Shown here piece by piece: positions 56,695-64,000 of a stretch of DNA of 64,000 bases. A program made the translations under genes and the position numbers. A model generated the notes under the pieces. It was not told where the DNA came from and did no database searches. It saw nothing but the letters and a program-made list of their open reading frames with translations. The stretch spans positions 11,651-75,650 of the forward strand of contig SICN01000001.1 in NCBI GenBank assembly GCA_009691405.1. Reading direction: 5' to 3'. This stretch comes from Candidatus Peribacteria bacterium. GTDB lineage: Bacteria > Patescibacteriota > Gracilibacteria > Peribacterales > Peribacteraceae. Position 1 is the stretch's first letter, and each line of letters begins with the position of its first letter.

Positions 56695-57258
56695 ATGTAC
56701 ACCATCACCGATCTCAAGCCTGGGCGTGCCGTCACCATCGACGGCGATCCGTACCTCATCATGGCTTCACAATTTGGACGCAAGAGCATGAGTAAGGCGA
56801 ACATGCAGTGCAAATTGAAGAATCTGAAGACCGGTTCCATCGTCGCGAGAAACTTCCAAGGAAGCGAGAAGATCGAACCTGCATCAGTCGGATACAAGCA
56901 CGTCCAGTACTTGTACAAGAATCAGGGAGCGAGGGCGTTCATGGATCTCGAGACGTACGATCAATTTGAACTCCAAGATGACATGATCGGAGAGGGCGTG
57001 AAGTTTCTGGTCGATGGACTCGAAGTAGATGCACTCATGTACGAAGAGAAGCCGATCGGCATCAAGCTGCCTGTCACGGTTATTTTGCAGGTGATGGAAA
57101 CTCCCCCTGGTGTCCGTGGTGATACGGCGACCGGTAGCGGAAAGGCCGCAACCCTGAGTAGCGGTGCCGTGATCAATGTTCCACTTTTTGTGAACGAAGG
57201 TGACAAGATCAAAGTGAATACCGAGAGCGGGGAGTACGTCGAGCGGGCGAATGGCTAA
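56695..57258 (+). CDS. efp: Elongation factor P
   Basis: DLKPG..DGDPY, KLKNLKTG, QYLY, FMDLETYDQ, PGVRGDTA, VPLFV and GEYVER motifs. Confidence 0.95.
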   Translation: MYTITDLKPGRAVTIDGDPYLIMASQFGRKSMSKANMQCKLKNLKTGSIVARNFQGSEKIEPASVGYKHVQYLYKNQGARAFMDLETYDQFELQDDMIGEGVKFLVDGLEVDALMYEEKPIGIKLPVTVILQVMETPPGVRGDTATGSGKAATLSSGAVINVPLFVNEGDKIKVNTESGEYVERANG

Positions 57259-57692
57259 GCCGCTTCCGGCCATTCGTCATCCTCGTCATCCTCGTCATGC
57301 GTGCTCATCGGCGGCTCGTGTTCATCTTCATCGTGGTCATGCACGTTGAAATCCGGTTCCGCACTTTGCATGAGGGAATCGTCATCGTCCGTTCTCTTCG
57401 AATGAAGGGAGGGGATTTCGAATGTGTGACGGAAGAATTCTTCCAGTCTCCTTCCGACGGTTTGCACGCAGTGTTCCGAATTCATGGTTGCACGTCTGAT
57501 CGCCGTGTGGACGGTTTCGACTGCTTCGTGCTTGAGAAGACATGCTCGAATTGCGTTCCGCACGAGTGTCTCGAGTCGCTGAAATTTGTGGATCGCATGA
57601 TTCCATTCTCGATTGTCTACAAGTACGGAAACTCCAAGCAGAATGGTCTGCACGTGATGCTCGGTATCGAGAGTCGTTTCAGAATGGTGCAT
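57255..57692 (-). CDS. Hypothetical protein with acidic/His-rich tail
   Basis: 145-aa ORF downstream of gatB on the same strand. Confidence 0.5.
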   Translation of the reverse strand: MHHSETTLDTEHHVQTILLGVSVLVDNREWNHAIHKFQRLETLVRNAIRACLLKHEAVETVHTAIRRATMNSEHCVQTVGRRLEEFFRHTFEIPSLHSKRTDDDDSLMQSAEPDFNVHDHDEDEHEPPMSTHDEDDEDDEWPEAA

Positions 57693-57746
57693 TGCGAAAA
57701 GCTTGGAGAAAGTGACAATGCAGGTTATTGCATTTTTTTTGAAATG

Positions 57747-59201
57747 TCAACCTTCGATTGCCAGCATCTCCAGGAGGAGTGTATTCACTTTTGCAGCATC
57801 AGCTTGGCCTTTACTGAGCTTCATCACTGCACCGACAACGGCACCGAGGGCCGCAGTCTTTCCTTCCTTGAATGAGGCAATCGCTTTCGGATTCGCCGCG
57901 ATCGCTTCTGCGATGAATTTTTTGAGGGTTACGTTGTCGCTCACTTGCCCCATTCCTTCTTCTTTGATGATTGCACTCGCAGATTTTCCGGAGACGATCA
58001 TTTTCGCAAGTACGTCTTTGCCGGCATTGACGTTGATCGTTCCGGAGTGGATCGCTTTCGCGAGTTCGACCATATCGGCAATCGTTGGAGCATCGGCAAG
58101 AGTTTTGCCGTGTGCGGTCAGGAAGCCTGGCATTTGGGTGAGCACAATGGACGATGCCCGTTTTGGCTCTCCGATCGCTTTCTCGATTGCATCGAAACGA
58201 TCGCGGAGGACTTCCTGATCGATGAGCATTTCGGCTTCCGCTTCGGTAAGCCCCAAGCTTACATACCCTGCTTTCATTTCGGACGGCAATTTCGCGAGTC
58301 CCGACACGACGGCGGCAATAAATGATTCGCTGATATGGAGAGGAGGAATATCCGGTTCGGGGAAGTACCGATAGTCGGCGGCGGATTCTTTGTCACGAAG
58401 CAGCACGGTTTTCTCCTCCTCGTCGATCCAGCCTACCGTTGTCTCACCCGTCGGCTGCTTTCCTTCGTTCCAGAGCTTCGTCAGCATTGTCTCTTGATAG
58501 AGTAGGGCTTTCTCCAGGGCTTTGAATGAATTTAAGTTTTTGATCTCGATGCGAGGATACAGTTTCTCTTCACCCTTCGGGCGAAGCGAGATACTGGCAT
58601 CGAAGCGCATCATTCCTTTGTACATGTCGGCCTCACTCGTGCCGGCGTTGATCAAGATGCGTCGTAGTTCTTCGGCGAACGCACTCGCTTCTTTTGCCGA
58701 TCGCAGATCCGGCTCGGTGACGATTTCCATCAACGGCGTACCCGCGCGGTTGTAATCGCAAAGCGTGTATCCCGTTCGATGCATCAATTTCCCCGCATCG
58801 TTCTCGATGTGCAGCCGATGAATGCGGCATATGCCCGGAGCACTCTTATTCGTTTTCGGATCCGTCACGGAAAACTTCACGGTGCCGTGGCTCGCAAGCG
58901 GATGCTTGTACTGCGAGATTTGGTAGCCGGTTGGCAGATCCGGATAGAAGTAATTTTTGCGGTCGAAGTGGCTCTCTTCGTTTACGGTGCATCCGAGTGC
59001 GACCGAAGAGCGTACGGCTTTCTCGATGACGGCTTTATTCACGACGGGCAGAGACCCCGGGTGACCCATGCACACCGGACAGACGGTTGTGTTCGGCTCT
59101 TTGCCCCATGCATCATTGTCGCATCCGCAGAACATCTTCGATTTGGTATTCATCTGCGCATGGACTTCCAAACCGATAATAACTTCCAGTGATTGTTTCA
59201 T
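57747..59201 (-). CDS. gatB: Asp-tRNA(Asn)/Glu-tRNA(Gln) amidotransferase subunit B
   Basis: IGLEVH, FDRKNYFYPDLP, NRAGTPLMEIVTEP, EIKNLNS and DYRYFPEPD motifs. Confidence 0.96.
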   Translation of the reverse strand: MKQSLEVIIGLEVHAQMNTKSKMFCGCDNDAWGKEPNTTVCPVCMGHPGSLPVVNKAVIEKAVRSSVALGCTVNEESHFDRKNYFYPDLPTGYQISQYKHPLASHGTVKFSVTDPKTNKSAPGICRIHRLHIENDAGKLMHRTGYTLCDYNRAGTPLMEIVTEPDLRSAKEASAFAEELRRILINAGTSEADMYKGMMRFDASISLRPKGEEKLYPRIEIKNLNSFKALEKALLYQETMLTKLWNEGKQPTGETTVGWIDEEEKTVLLRDKESAADYRYFPEPDIPPLHISESFIAAVVSGLAKLPSEMKAGYVSLGLTEAEAEMLIDQEVLRDRFDAIEKAIGEPKRASSIVLTQMPGFLTAHGKTLADAPTIADMVELAKAIHSGTINVNAGKDVLAKMIVSGKSASAIIKEEGMGQVSDNVTLKKFIAEAIAANPKAIASFKEGKTAALGAVVGAVMKLSKGQADAAKVNTLLLEMLAIEG

Positions 59202-59220
59202 AATTCAGAAGGGAGAGGCC

Positions 59221-59252
59221 GACTTGCCGGCCGAAGCTTCAGCGAAGGCTGG
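59221..59252 (-). repeat. Family-A palindromic element (intergenic)
   Basis: Minus strand CCAGCC-TTC-GCTGAAGC-TTC-GGCCGG-CAAG. Confidence 0.75.
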
Positions 59253-59280
59253 TGATGGTTTCGAGTTCCATGCGTCTATC

Positions 59281-59754
59281 TTACATCAGATTTTCTTTGT
59301 GATAATCGACAATCAGCACCCCCTCCAGATGGTCCACTTCATGTTGCACAACGCGCGCGTCGAAGTCCGAGAGCTTCAGTTCACGTTCTTTGCCGGTTTC
59401 ACTCAGGAATTTCACAATAATGTCGCAGGATCTTGTGATCTGCAGCCAGAGATCCGGAAGACTTAGACAGCCTTCCTCCACCGTGTCAGTCTCCTTGCTT
59501 CGCCAGATGATATTCGGGTTCACGAGTGGCGTGAGTTTTTTTGAGATCATCGCGATGCAGATGCGTTCCGATCGGTTCACCTGCGGCGCTGCTAGTCCAG
59601 CGCCTTTCGCCGCGACCGTCGTTTGTTTCATATTCCGAATAAGTTCTTTTATTTCTTTTGTGATCTTCGGCACGTCTTTCGTCTTCGTTCTCAGAACCTT
59701 GGTATTTCGGCCGATGACAATCGGGAGAACAGGCACGGACGGAGTATACCGCAT
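59281..59754 (-). CDS. def: Peptide deformylase
   Basis: GAGLAAPQ, EGCLS and QHEVDHLEG motifs. Start overlaps the upstream stop (TAATG). Confidence 0.95.
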   Translation of the reverse strand: MRYTPSVPVLPIVIGRNTKVLRTKTKDVPKITKEIKELIRNMKQTTVAAKGAGLAAPQVNRSERICIAMISKKLTPLVNPNIIWRSKETDTVEEGCLSLPDLWLQITRSCDIIVKFLSETGKERELKLSDFDARVVQHEVDHLEGVLIVDYHKENLM

Positions 59755-60335
59755 TACGCCTTCACCCCAATGCCGCAGATTGCCTGCAGATCCTCGATCG
59801 AGGCTATTTCCCCGAGCTCCATCATCTTCATCAGCGCATGTGCCGTGAGTAGAACGTCCGGGAGTGCTCTGTGGCGAGCTGCCGGGATCGTGAGATTCAG
59901 ACGGCGCGCGACGGCGTCGAGACTGTGACCGAACTCGGTTGGGAAGAGCGCTCTGCTCAGGCGCATCGTGCAGAGACAGTCCGGCAGATCGACATATCCC
60001 CAACAGAGCTGTTTTTCGATTTCCATGAATCCCATGTCGAATGTCGCATTGTGTGCGACGAGAATCGATCCACTGCTGAATTCTAGAAATTTCGGCAACA
60101 CTTCCTCGATGCCAGGTGCGGTTTTGACGGCGTCGTCGCTTATCTTGTTCACCCTTTTCGCCTCCCAGGGAATATCGCGTTCGGGGTTCACGAGTGACAC
60201 GAACGATTTTGTTTCGTCGATGGAACCGTTCTCGATCCTGATACCGGCGATCTCGATGATCTTATGACCTCTGCGAGGATCCAGCCCCGTCGTCTCGACA
60301 TCGAAAACCGTGAGTGGAGGGAGGGGGGTTGGCAT
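59754..60335 (-). CDS. DEDDh 3'-5' exonuclease (DnaQ/PolC-exo-like)
   Basis: FDVETTG, AHNATFD and HRALPD motifs. Confidence 0.9.
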   Translation of the reverse strand: MPTPLPPLTVFDVETTGLDPRRGHKIIEIAGIRIENGSIDETKSFVSLVNPERDIPWEAKRVNKISDDAVKTAPGIEEVLPKFLEFSSGSILVAHNATFDMGFMEIEKQLCWGYVDLPDCLCTMRLSRALFPTEFGHSLDAVARRLNLTIPAARHRALPDVLLTAHALMKMMELGEIASIEDLQAICGIGVKA

Positions 60336-60384
60336 GAGGGGAGAGGGATCGTACGAAGCGAGTGGAGGCTATACCTTGGGATAC

Positions 60385-60462
60385 GAATTGAAAATTGATA
60401 ATTGATAATTGAGAATTGACCCCCCTTCGCTTTCTGTTCGGATAAAGCTTCGAGGGGCGAGC
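60385..60462 (+). repeat. Heptamer tandem (nAATTGA)5 abutting a family-A element
   Basis: GAATTGA AAATTGA TAATTGA TAATTGA GAATTGA, then CCCCCC-TTC-GCTTT...AAAGC-TTC-GAGGGG-CGAG. Confidence 0.75.
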
Positions 60463-60484
60463 ATTCTTTGTCTATACTCTCTTC

Positions 60485-61120
60485 ATGAAAAAACTCACGG
60501 TTGATGTCGTGCTGAAGAAGCTCAAAAAGCTCACTCCGAATGCAAAGTGCAGTCTCGATTGGAAGACGCCTCTCGATCTTCTGGTTGCGACTATTCTCTC
60601 TGCGCAGTGCACCGATAAACGTGTGAACATCGTCACGAAGTCGCTGTTTAGAAAGTACACATCACCCAAGGATTACGCATCGGTACCAGTTCGGGAACTT
60701 GAGCAGGACATTCATTCCTGCGGTACGTTTCACATGAAGGCCCTCGCAATCCAAACAAGTTGCAGAATGATCCTCGATCGTTTTGGAGGCGAGGTGCCAC
60801 GCTCGATGCCAGAGATGCTCCTGCTTCGCGGTGTCGGGCGAAAAACTGCATCCATCGTACTCTCGACGGCGTATGGCATTATCGAGGGGATCCCGGTCGA
60901 TACGCATTGCATACGCCTGAGTCACAGGCTCGGGCTGACTCGAGAGAAACTCCAGGGCAAGATCGAGGCTGATCTCATGAAGAAAACTCCGCGGGAGGAC
61001 TGGGCGATGCTCTCACATCTGCTTGTCGCTCATGGCAGGAACACGTGCATCGCGAGGTCACCGAAGTGCAGCGAATGCGTATTCTTGAAAAATTGTCCAA
61101 AAATTGGGGTGAAAAGGTAA
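60485..61120 (+). CDS. nth: Endonuclease III
   Basis: ILSAQCTD, HhH motif GVGRKTA, PVDTH and the CxxxxxxCxxCxxxxxC Fe-S motif. Confidence 0.95.
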   Translation: MKKLTVDVVLKKLKKLTPNAKCSLDWKTPLDLLVATILSAQCTDKRVNIVTKSLFRKYTSPKDYASVPVRELEQDIHSCGTFHMKALAIQTSCRMILDRFGGEVPRSMPEMLLLRGVGRKTASIVLSTAYGIIEGIPVDTHCIRLSHRLGLTREKLQGKIEADLMKKTPREDWAMLSHLLVAHGRNTCIARSPKCSECVFLKNCPKIGVKR

Positions 61121-61127
61121 ACAATGC

Positions 61128-61670
61128 ATGAGCAGTAATAAAAATAGGCTCAAGCTTTCCATCGTAGGTGCTCTGGTACTTGTTACGGTAGTGATTGCAT
61201 CACAATCATCGTTCATGAAGAGCGGAAAATTTCGCGGAGCGGTAGTCCCCGTTTGCGGCAACCTCATATGCGAATTGGGTGAGACATGTTTCTGTGGCAT
61301 GGATTGTGGTGCATGTGGAAACTGCGGAAACGGTACGATCGATAGTGGTGAAACGTGTGATGACGGCAATATTAATTCTGGCGACGGATGTAGTTCTACC
61401 TGTATGACTTGGGGAACGACAGGCACAACGGGTGCAACAGGAACCACAGGAACAACAGGGACTCCACCTCCTCCACTTCCTCCTCCTCCTCCTCCTCCTC
61501 CTCCTCCTCCGGCGGATACCTGTTGTTGCAACCCAGCCCCACCTCCTCCACCCCCTGATCCTTGTCTTAGAGGCACCCCTCCCCTCCCCATTTCCTGTCC
61601 GAATGGTAGTGTAGATTGCCCAATGGGCTGCCCGCTTTGCGGTCCGTTGAGTGGAATGTGTCGGTTATAA
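61128..61670 (+). CDS. Exported Cys-rich protein with Myxococcus-type Cys repeat (DUF4215-like), TG linker and poly-Pro
   Basis: N-terminal TM; CGNGTIDSGETCDDGNINSGDGCSSTC; (CCT)10 at 61479-61508. Confidence 0.8.
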   Translation: MSSNKNRLKLSIVGALVLVTVVIASQSSFMKSGKFRGAVVPVCGNLICELGETCFCGMDCGACGNCGNGTIDSGETCDDGNINSGDGCSSTCMTWGTTGTTGATGTTGTTGTPPPPLPPPPPPPPPPPADTCCCNPAPPPPPPDPCLRGTPPLPISCPNGSVDCPMGCPLCGPLSGMCRL

Positions 61671-61759
61671 GAATATGTACGTACATTTTTCTGATCGTAT
61701 GGTCGGGATCTTTGATGGGGCATGAGAAAGGAGGTCAATGCATCCGCTATGATTGATCC

Positions 61760-62242
61760 ATGAAACATTCAACATTCTTTGCCCTGCTTTCGGTCGGTCT
61801 CGTCATCATCATTCTCCTGAGATTCGCATGGGCTCAGTCTCCGTCTGTCAATTCTCGAAGTGACTCGTCATCGTCTTCTTCTCTCAATCTCATCATTCGC
61901 GTGTCACCGGATTTGGGGAAACAAACGTCGAGCGGGCTTTATCGCCCCTATGCGGCAGACACCGATCTTCGAGGCGAGAGCACGGTTCTTTTCTTTGCGG
62001 ATGACGAGGATCCATTCTCCGTTATTCATGAAACGATGCTCCGTGACGCGGCACTTGAGAGTCGCCTGCATCTTCTTGTCTACAAAGTCGATTTCGAGTC
62101 AGCCGGCAAGTTGAAGTTGCAGTATGGTGTGGTTCTTCCCGATACGTTCGTTCTTCTCAATAAGAATGCCGAAAGGATACAATCGATTCTCCATCCGAGT
62201 GATGCGGAATTTCACGCATTGCTGACCTCTTCTCCCCAATAA
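61760..62242 (+). CDS. Exported thioredoxin-fold protein lacking CxxC
   Basis: Signal/TM; VLFFADDEDPFS...YKVDFES..LKLQYGV..PDTFVLL follows the Trx pattern, but the protein has no Cys. Confidence 0.6.
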   Translation: MKHSTFFALLSVGLVIIILLRFAWAQSPSVNSRSDSSSSSSLNLIIRVSPDLGKQTSSGLYRPYAADTDLRGESTVLFFADDEDPFSVIHETMLRDAALESRLHLLVYKVDFESAGKLKLQYGVVLPDTFVLLNKNAERIQSILHPSDAEFHALLTSSPQ

Positions 62243-62246
62243 CCCT

Positions 62247-64000
62247 ATGGCTCTCTACGTGACGCTCTTCATTGCCGGTATGCTCACCATTCTCCTGCCG
62301 TGCATTCTGCCACTTCTGCCGATCGTTCTCGGCGTCAGCATCTCAGGCAGAAGCAAGTGGAGACCGCTTCTCACCGTCCTTGGCATGATCGTGAGCTTCA
62401 TCGGGTTCACGTTTCTTCTCACCGTCGTTCTCGGTGAGTTCATCGAACTTGCTGATACGATTCGCATTGCGACAAATTACGTTCTGCTGCTCTTCGGTAT
62501 CGGGTTTGCGATTCATCATCGTGCACTCTCTTTCATAGGCGCAATCCTTGGTGCTTTCTTTTTCATGGAGAATGGTCTTGTTGCAGTCGGGATTGCCGCA
62601 GTCGTTGGCATCGCACTTCTTGTTGTTGGCAGCCGCATCGCTTCCAGAATTCAGCAACTTGGTGCGGATGCTCAGAATACGGCAAGGCAAGAGTTTGGTG
62701 CAGATTCGCCGGTGACTGCATTCTTGATCGGTTTAACACTCGGCTTGGTGTGGGTTCCGTGTGCGGGACCTGCTCTTAGTTTTGCGCTGACACTCGTTCG
62801 AGAGAAGCCCGGGATCGAGGCGTTTTTTGCTCTCCTTGCTTATGCCGTCGGTACGGGTATTCCTCTCCTCATCATCGGATACGGAGGACAAGCGATGACG
62901 CACTCGGTGCGCTTCCTCAATCGATACACAGGGCACATCAAGACAGTTGCTGGAGTTCTCTTCATTCTCACTGCTATCGCACTGCAGTTCAATTTGTTCC
63001 AGAGCTTTCAAGTATGGCTCGTCAGCAATACGAAGTTCGGTGAGATCGGTACGCGTATTGAGGAACGGATTTTCAAGAAGACGATGCCGAGTGGAACGGG
63101 GAGTCTCCTCAAGAGCGAGAGCGGGGTATCATCCTCTGCGATGACACTGCCGACTCTTCCCCGTCTTATCCGTGCTCCCGAATTTGCGGGCCTCGGTCCT
63201 TGGCACAACAGTGAACCGTTCACACTGGAAAGTCTTCGAGGCAAGATTGTCCTCGTCGATTTCTGGACCTACAGCTGTATCAATTGCATTCGTACTCTGC
63301 CGTATCTTCAAGGCTATTGGGAGAAATTTAAAGATACCGGAAAATTTGTGCTGATCGGCGTTCACAGTCCCGAGTTCACGTTCGAAAAGAGCCAGAAAAA
63401 TGTCGCGATGGCGATCCGTTCTCATGGGCTTACGTATCCTGTTGCGCAGGACAATGATTTCGACACGTGGTCGGCGTTTGCCAATAAGTATTGGCCGGCA
63501 AAGTACTTGATCGACGGAGAGGGATACATTCGGTACATGCATTTCGGAGAAGGGGAATACGAAGGGACGGATCTGGCGATCCGGAGTTTGCTTCGTGAGA
63601 CCGGAGTCGATCTTGCTTCGCTGAGTGGCGGCACCGTTGTATCGCCTTCAGGAGGTACGATTCGCAGTTCGATTACCCCTGAGATCTATCTTGGTTCTCG
63701 TAGTTGGCCTGCCTTCGGGAATAGTTCGGGTGAGCCGGACAGCGCAGTGCATGCGTACACGTTCCCAGATGCGTTTGTCCTGGACACGTACTACCTCTCC
63801 GGTTCATGGCAACTTGTTGACGAAGAGCATCAGGTTCTTCGAAGCAAAGAAGGTCAGGTTCGTCTCGCATTCAGAGGGGGAGAGGTCAACCTGGTCCTTG
63901 GGTTAAAGACCGGAGCAAAGCTCGTCCAGGCGTCGGTGATCGTTGACGGAAAGGAAGGCAAGACGTTTACGATCGATCGGAATGATCTCTATCCTCTCTT
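62247..64000 (+). CDS. dipZ: DipZ-like CcdA/DsbD-TM plus redoxin fusion (3' end beyond the window)
   Basis: Not in the ORF track because it is open to the end. Manual translation: MALYVTLFIAGMLTILLPCILP...WVPCAGP...DFWTYSCINCIRTLP...GVHSPEF...YWPAKY...HFGEGEY...TPEIYLG. Confidence 0.9.
   Translation, partial: MALYVTLFIAGMLTILLPCILPLLPIVLGVSISGRSKWRPLLTVLGMIVSFIGFTFLLTVVLGEFIELADTIRIATNYVLLLFGIGFAIHHRALSFIGAILGAFFFMENGLVAVGIAAVVGIALLVVGSRIASRIQQLGADAQNTARQEFGADSPVTAFLIGLTLGLVWVPCAGPALSFALTLVREKPGIEAFFALLAYAVGTGIPLLIIGYGGQAMTHSVRFLNRYTGHIKTVAGVLFILTAIALQFNLFQSFQVWLVSNTKFGEIGTRIEERIFKKTMPSGTGSLLKSESGVSSSAMTLPTLPRLIRAPEFAGLGPWHNSEPFTLESLRGKIVLVDFWTYSCINCIRTLPYLQGYWEKFKDTGKFVLIGVHSPEFTFEKSQKNVAMAIRSHGLTYPVAQDNDFDTWSAFANKYWPAKYLIDGEGYIRYMHFGEGEYEGTDLAIRSLLRETGVDLASLSGGTVVSPSGGTIRSSITPEIYLGSRSWPAFGNSSGEPDSAVHAYTFPDAFVLDTYYLSGSWQLVDEEHQVLRSKEGQVRLAFRGGEVNLVLGLKTGAKLVQASVIVDGKEGKTFTIDRNDLYPL

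Noticed and set aside
61058-61768. Gly-rich 236-aa minus-strand ORF
   Set aside because: It is the antisense shadow of the poly-Pro/Cys-rich plus-strand gene, which has a signal segment and a recognisable Cys repeat.
1-64000. CRISPR array or cas genes
   Set aside because: The repeats are dispersed palindromes or 7/9-mer tandems. There are no regularly spaced 25-40 nt direct repeats with unique spacers and no cas-like ORF.
1-64000. Alternative genetic code (UGA = Gly, as in Gracilibacteria)
   Set aside because: Many conserved genes end at TGA at the expected length, and prfB with its CTT-TGA shift site is present.

Overview
A 64 kb chromosomal window from a mid-GC bacterium using genetic code 11. 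Gene content and style suggest Patescibacteria/CPR, most likely Peregrinibacteria/Peribacteria (inference). It holds a mevalonate/isoprenoid cluster (HMG-CoA synthase, class I HMG-CoA reductase, mvaD, mvk, uppS, idi) and a roughly 35 kb surface-glycan region (rmlAB, gmd/fcl, ugd, wecB, many GT2/GT4 and GT-C-like proteins, and a DegT/Gfo/ATP-grasp/HAD module). It also holds an adenosine kinase-ahcY pair, tRNA-Ser(CGA), frameshifted prfB, PilN/PilO-like genes, infC-rpmI-rplT, trmD, a Xer recombinase, gpmA, a second wecB, guaA, an ECF sigma/anti-sigma-like pair, efp, gatB, def, nth and DipZ. No CRISPR array, prophage or transposase is visible. The most striking unexplained signal is a set of short palindromic or tandem-inverted DNA element families. 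They show covarying stems, nesting and interlocking. They occur between genes and also in frame inside mvk, a GT4, trmD, wecB, an O-antigen-ligase-like gene and guaA. Other highlights: an orphan Hcp with an N-terminal membrane/signal segment, a shared post-TM [FL]xG[AV][VI] motif in three exported proteins, pervasive apparently leaderless promoters (TAnnnT 6-10 nt before the start codon), and an EF-P with Met at the normally modified loop tip. All annotations come from motif recognition by eye; no database searches were run.
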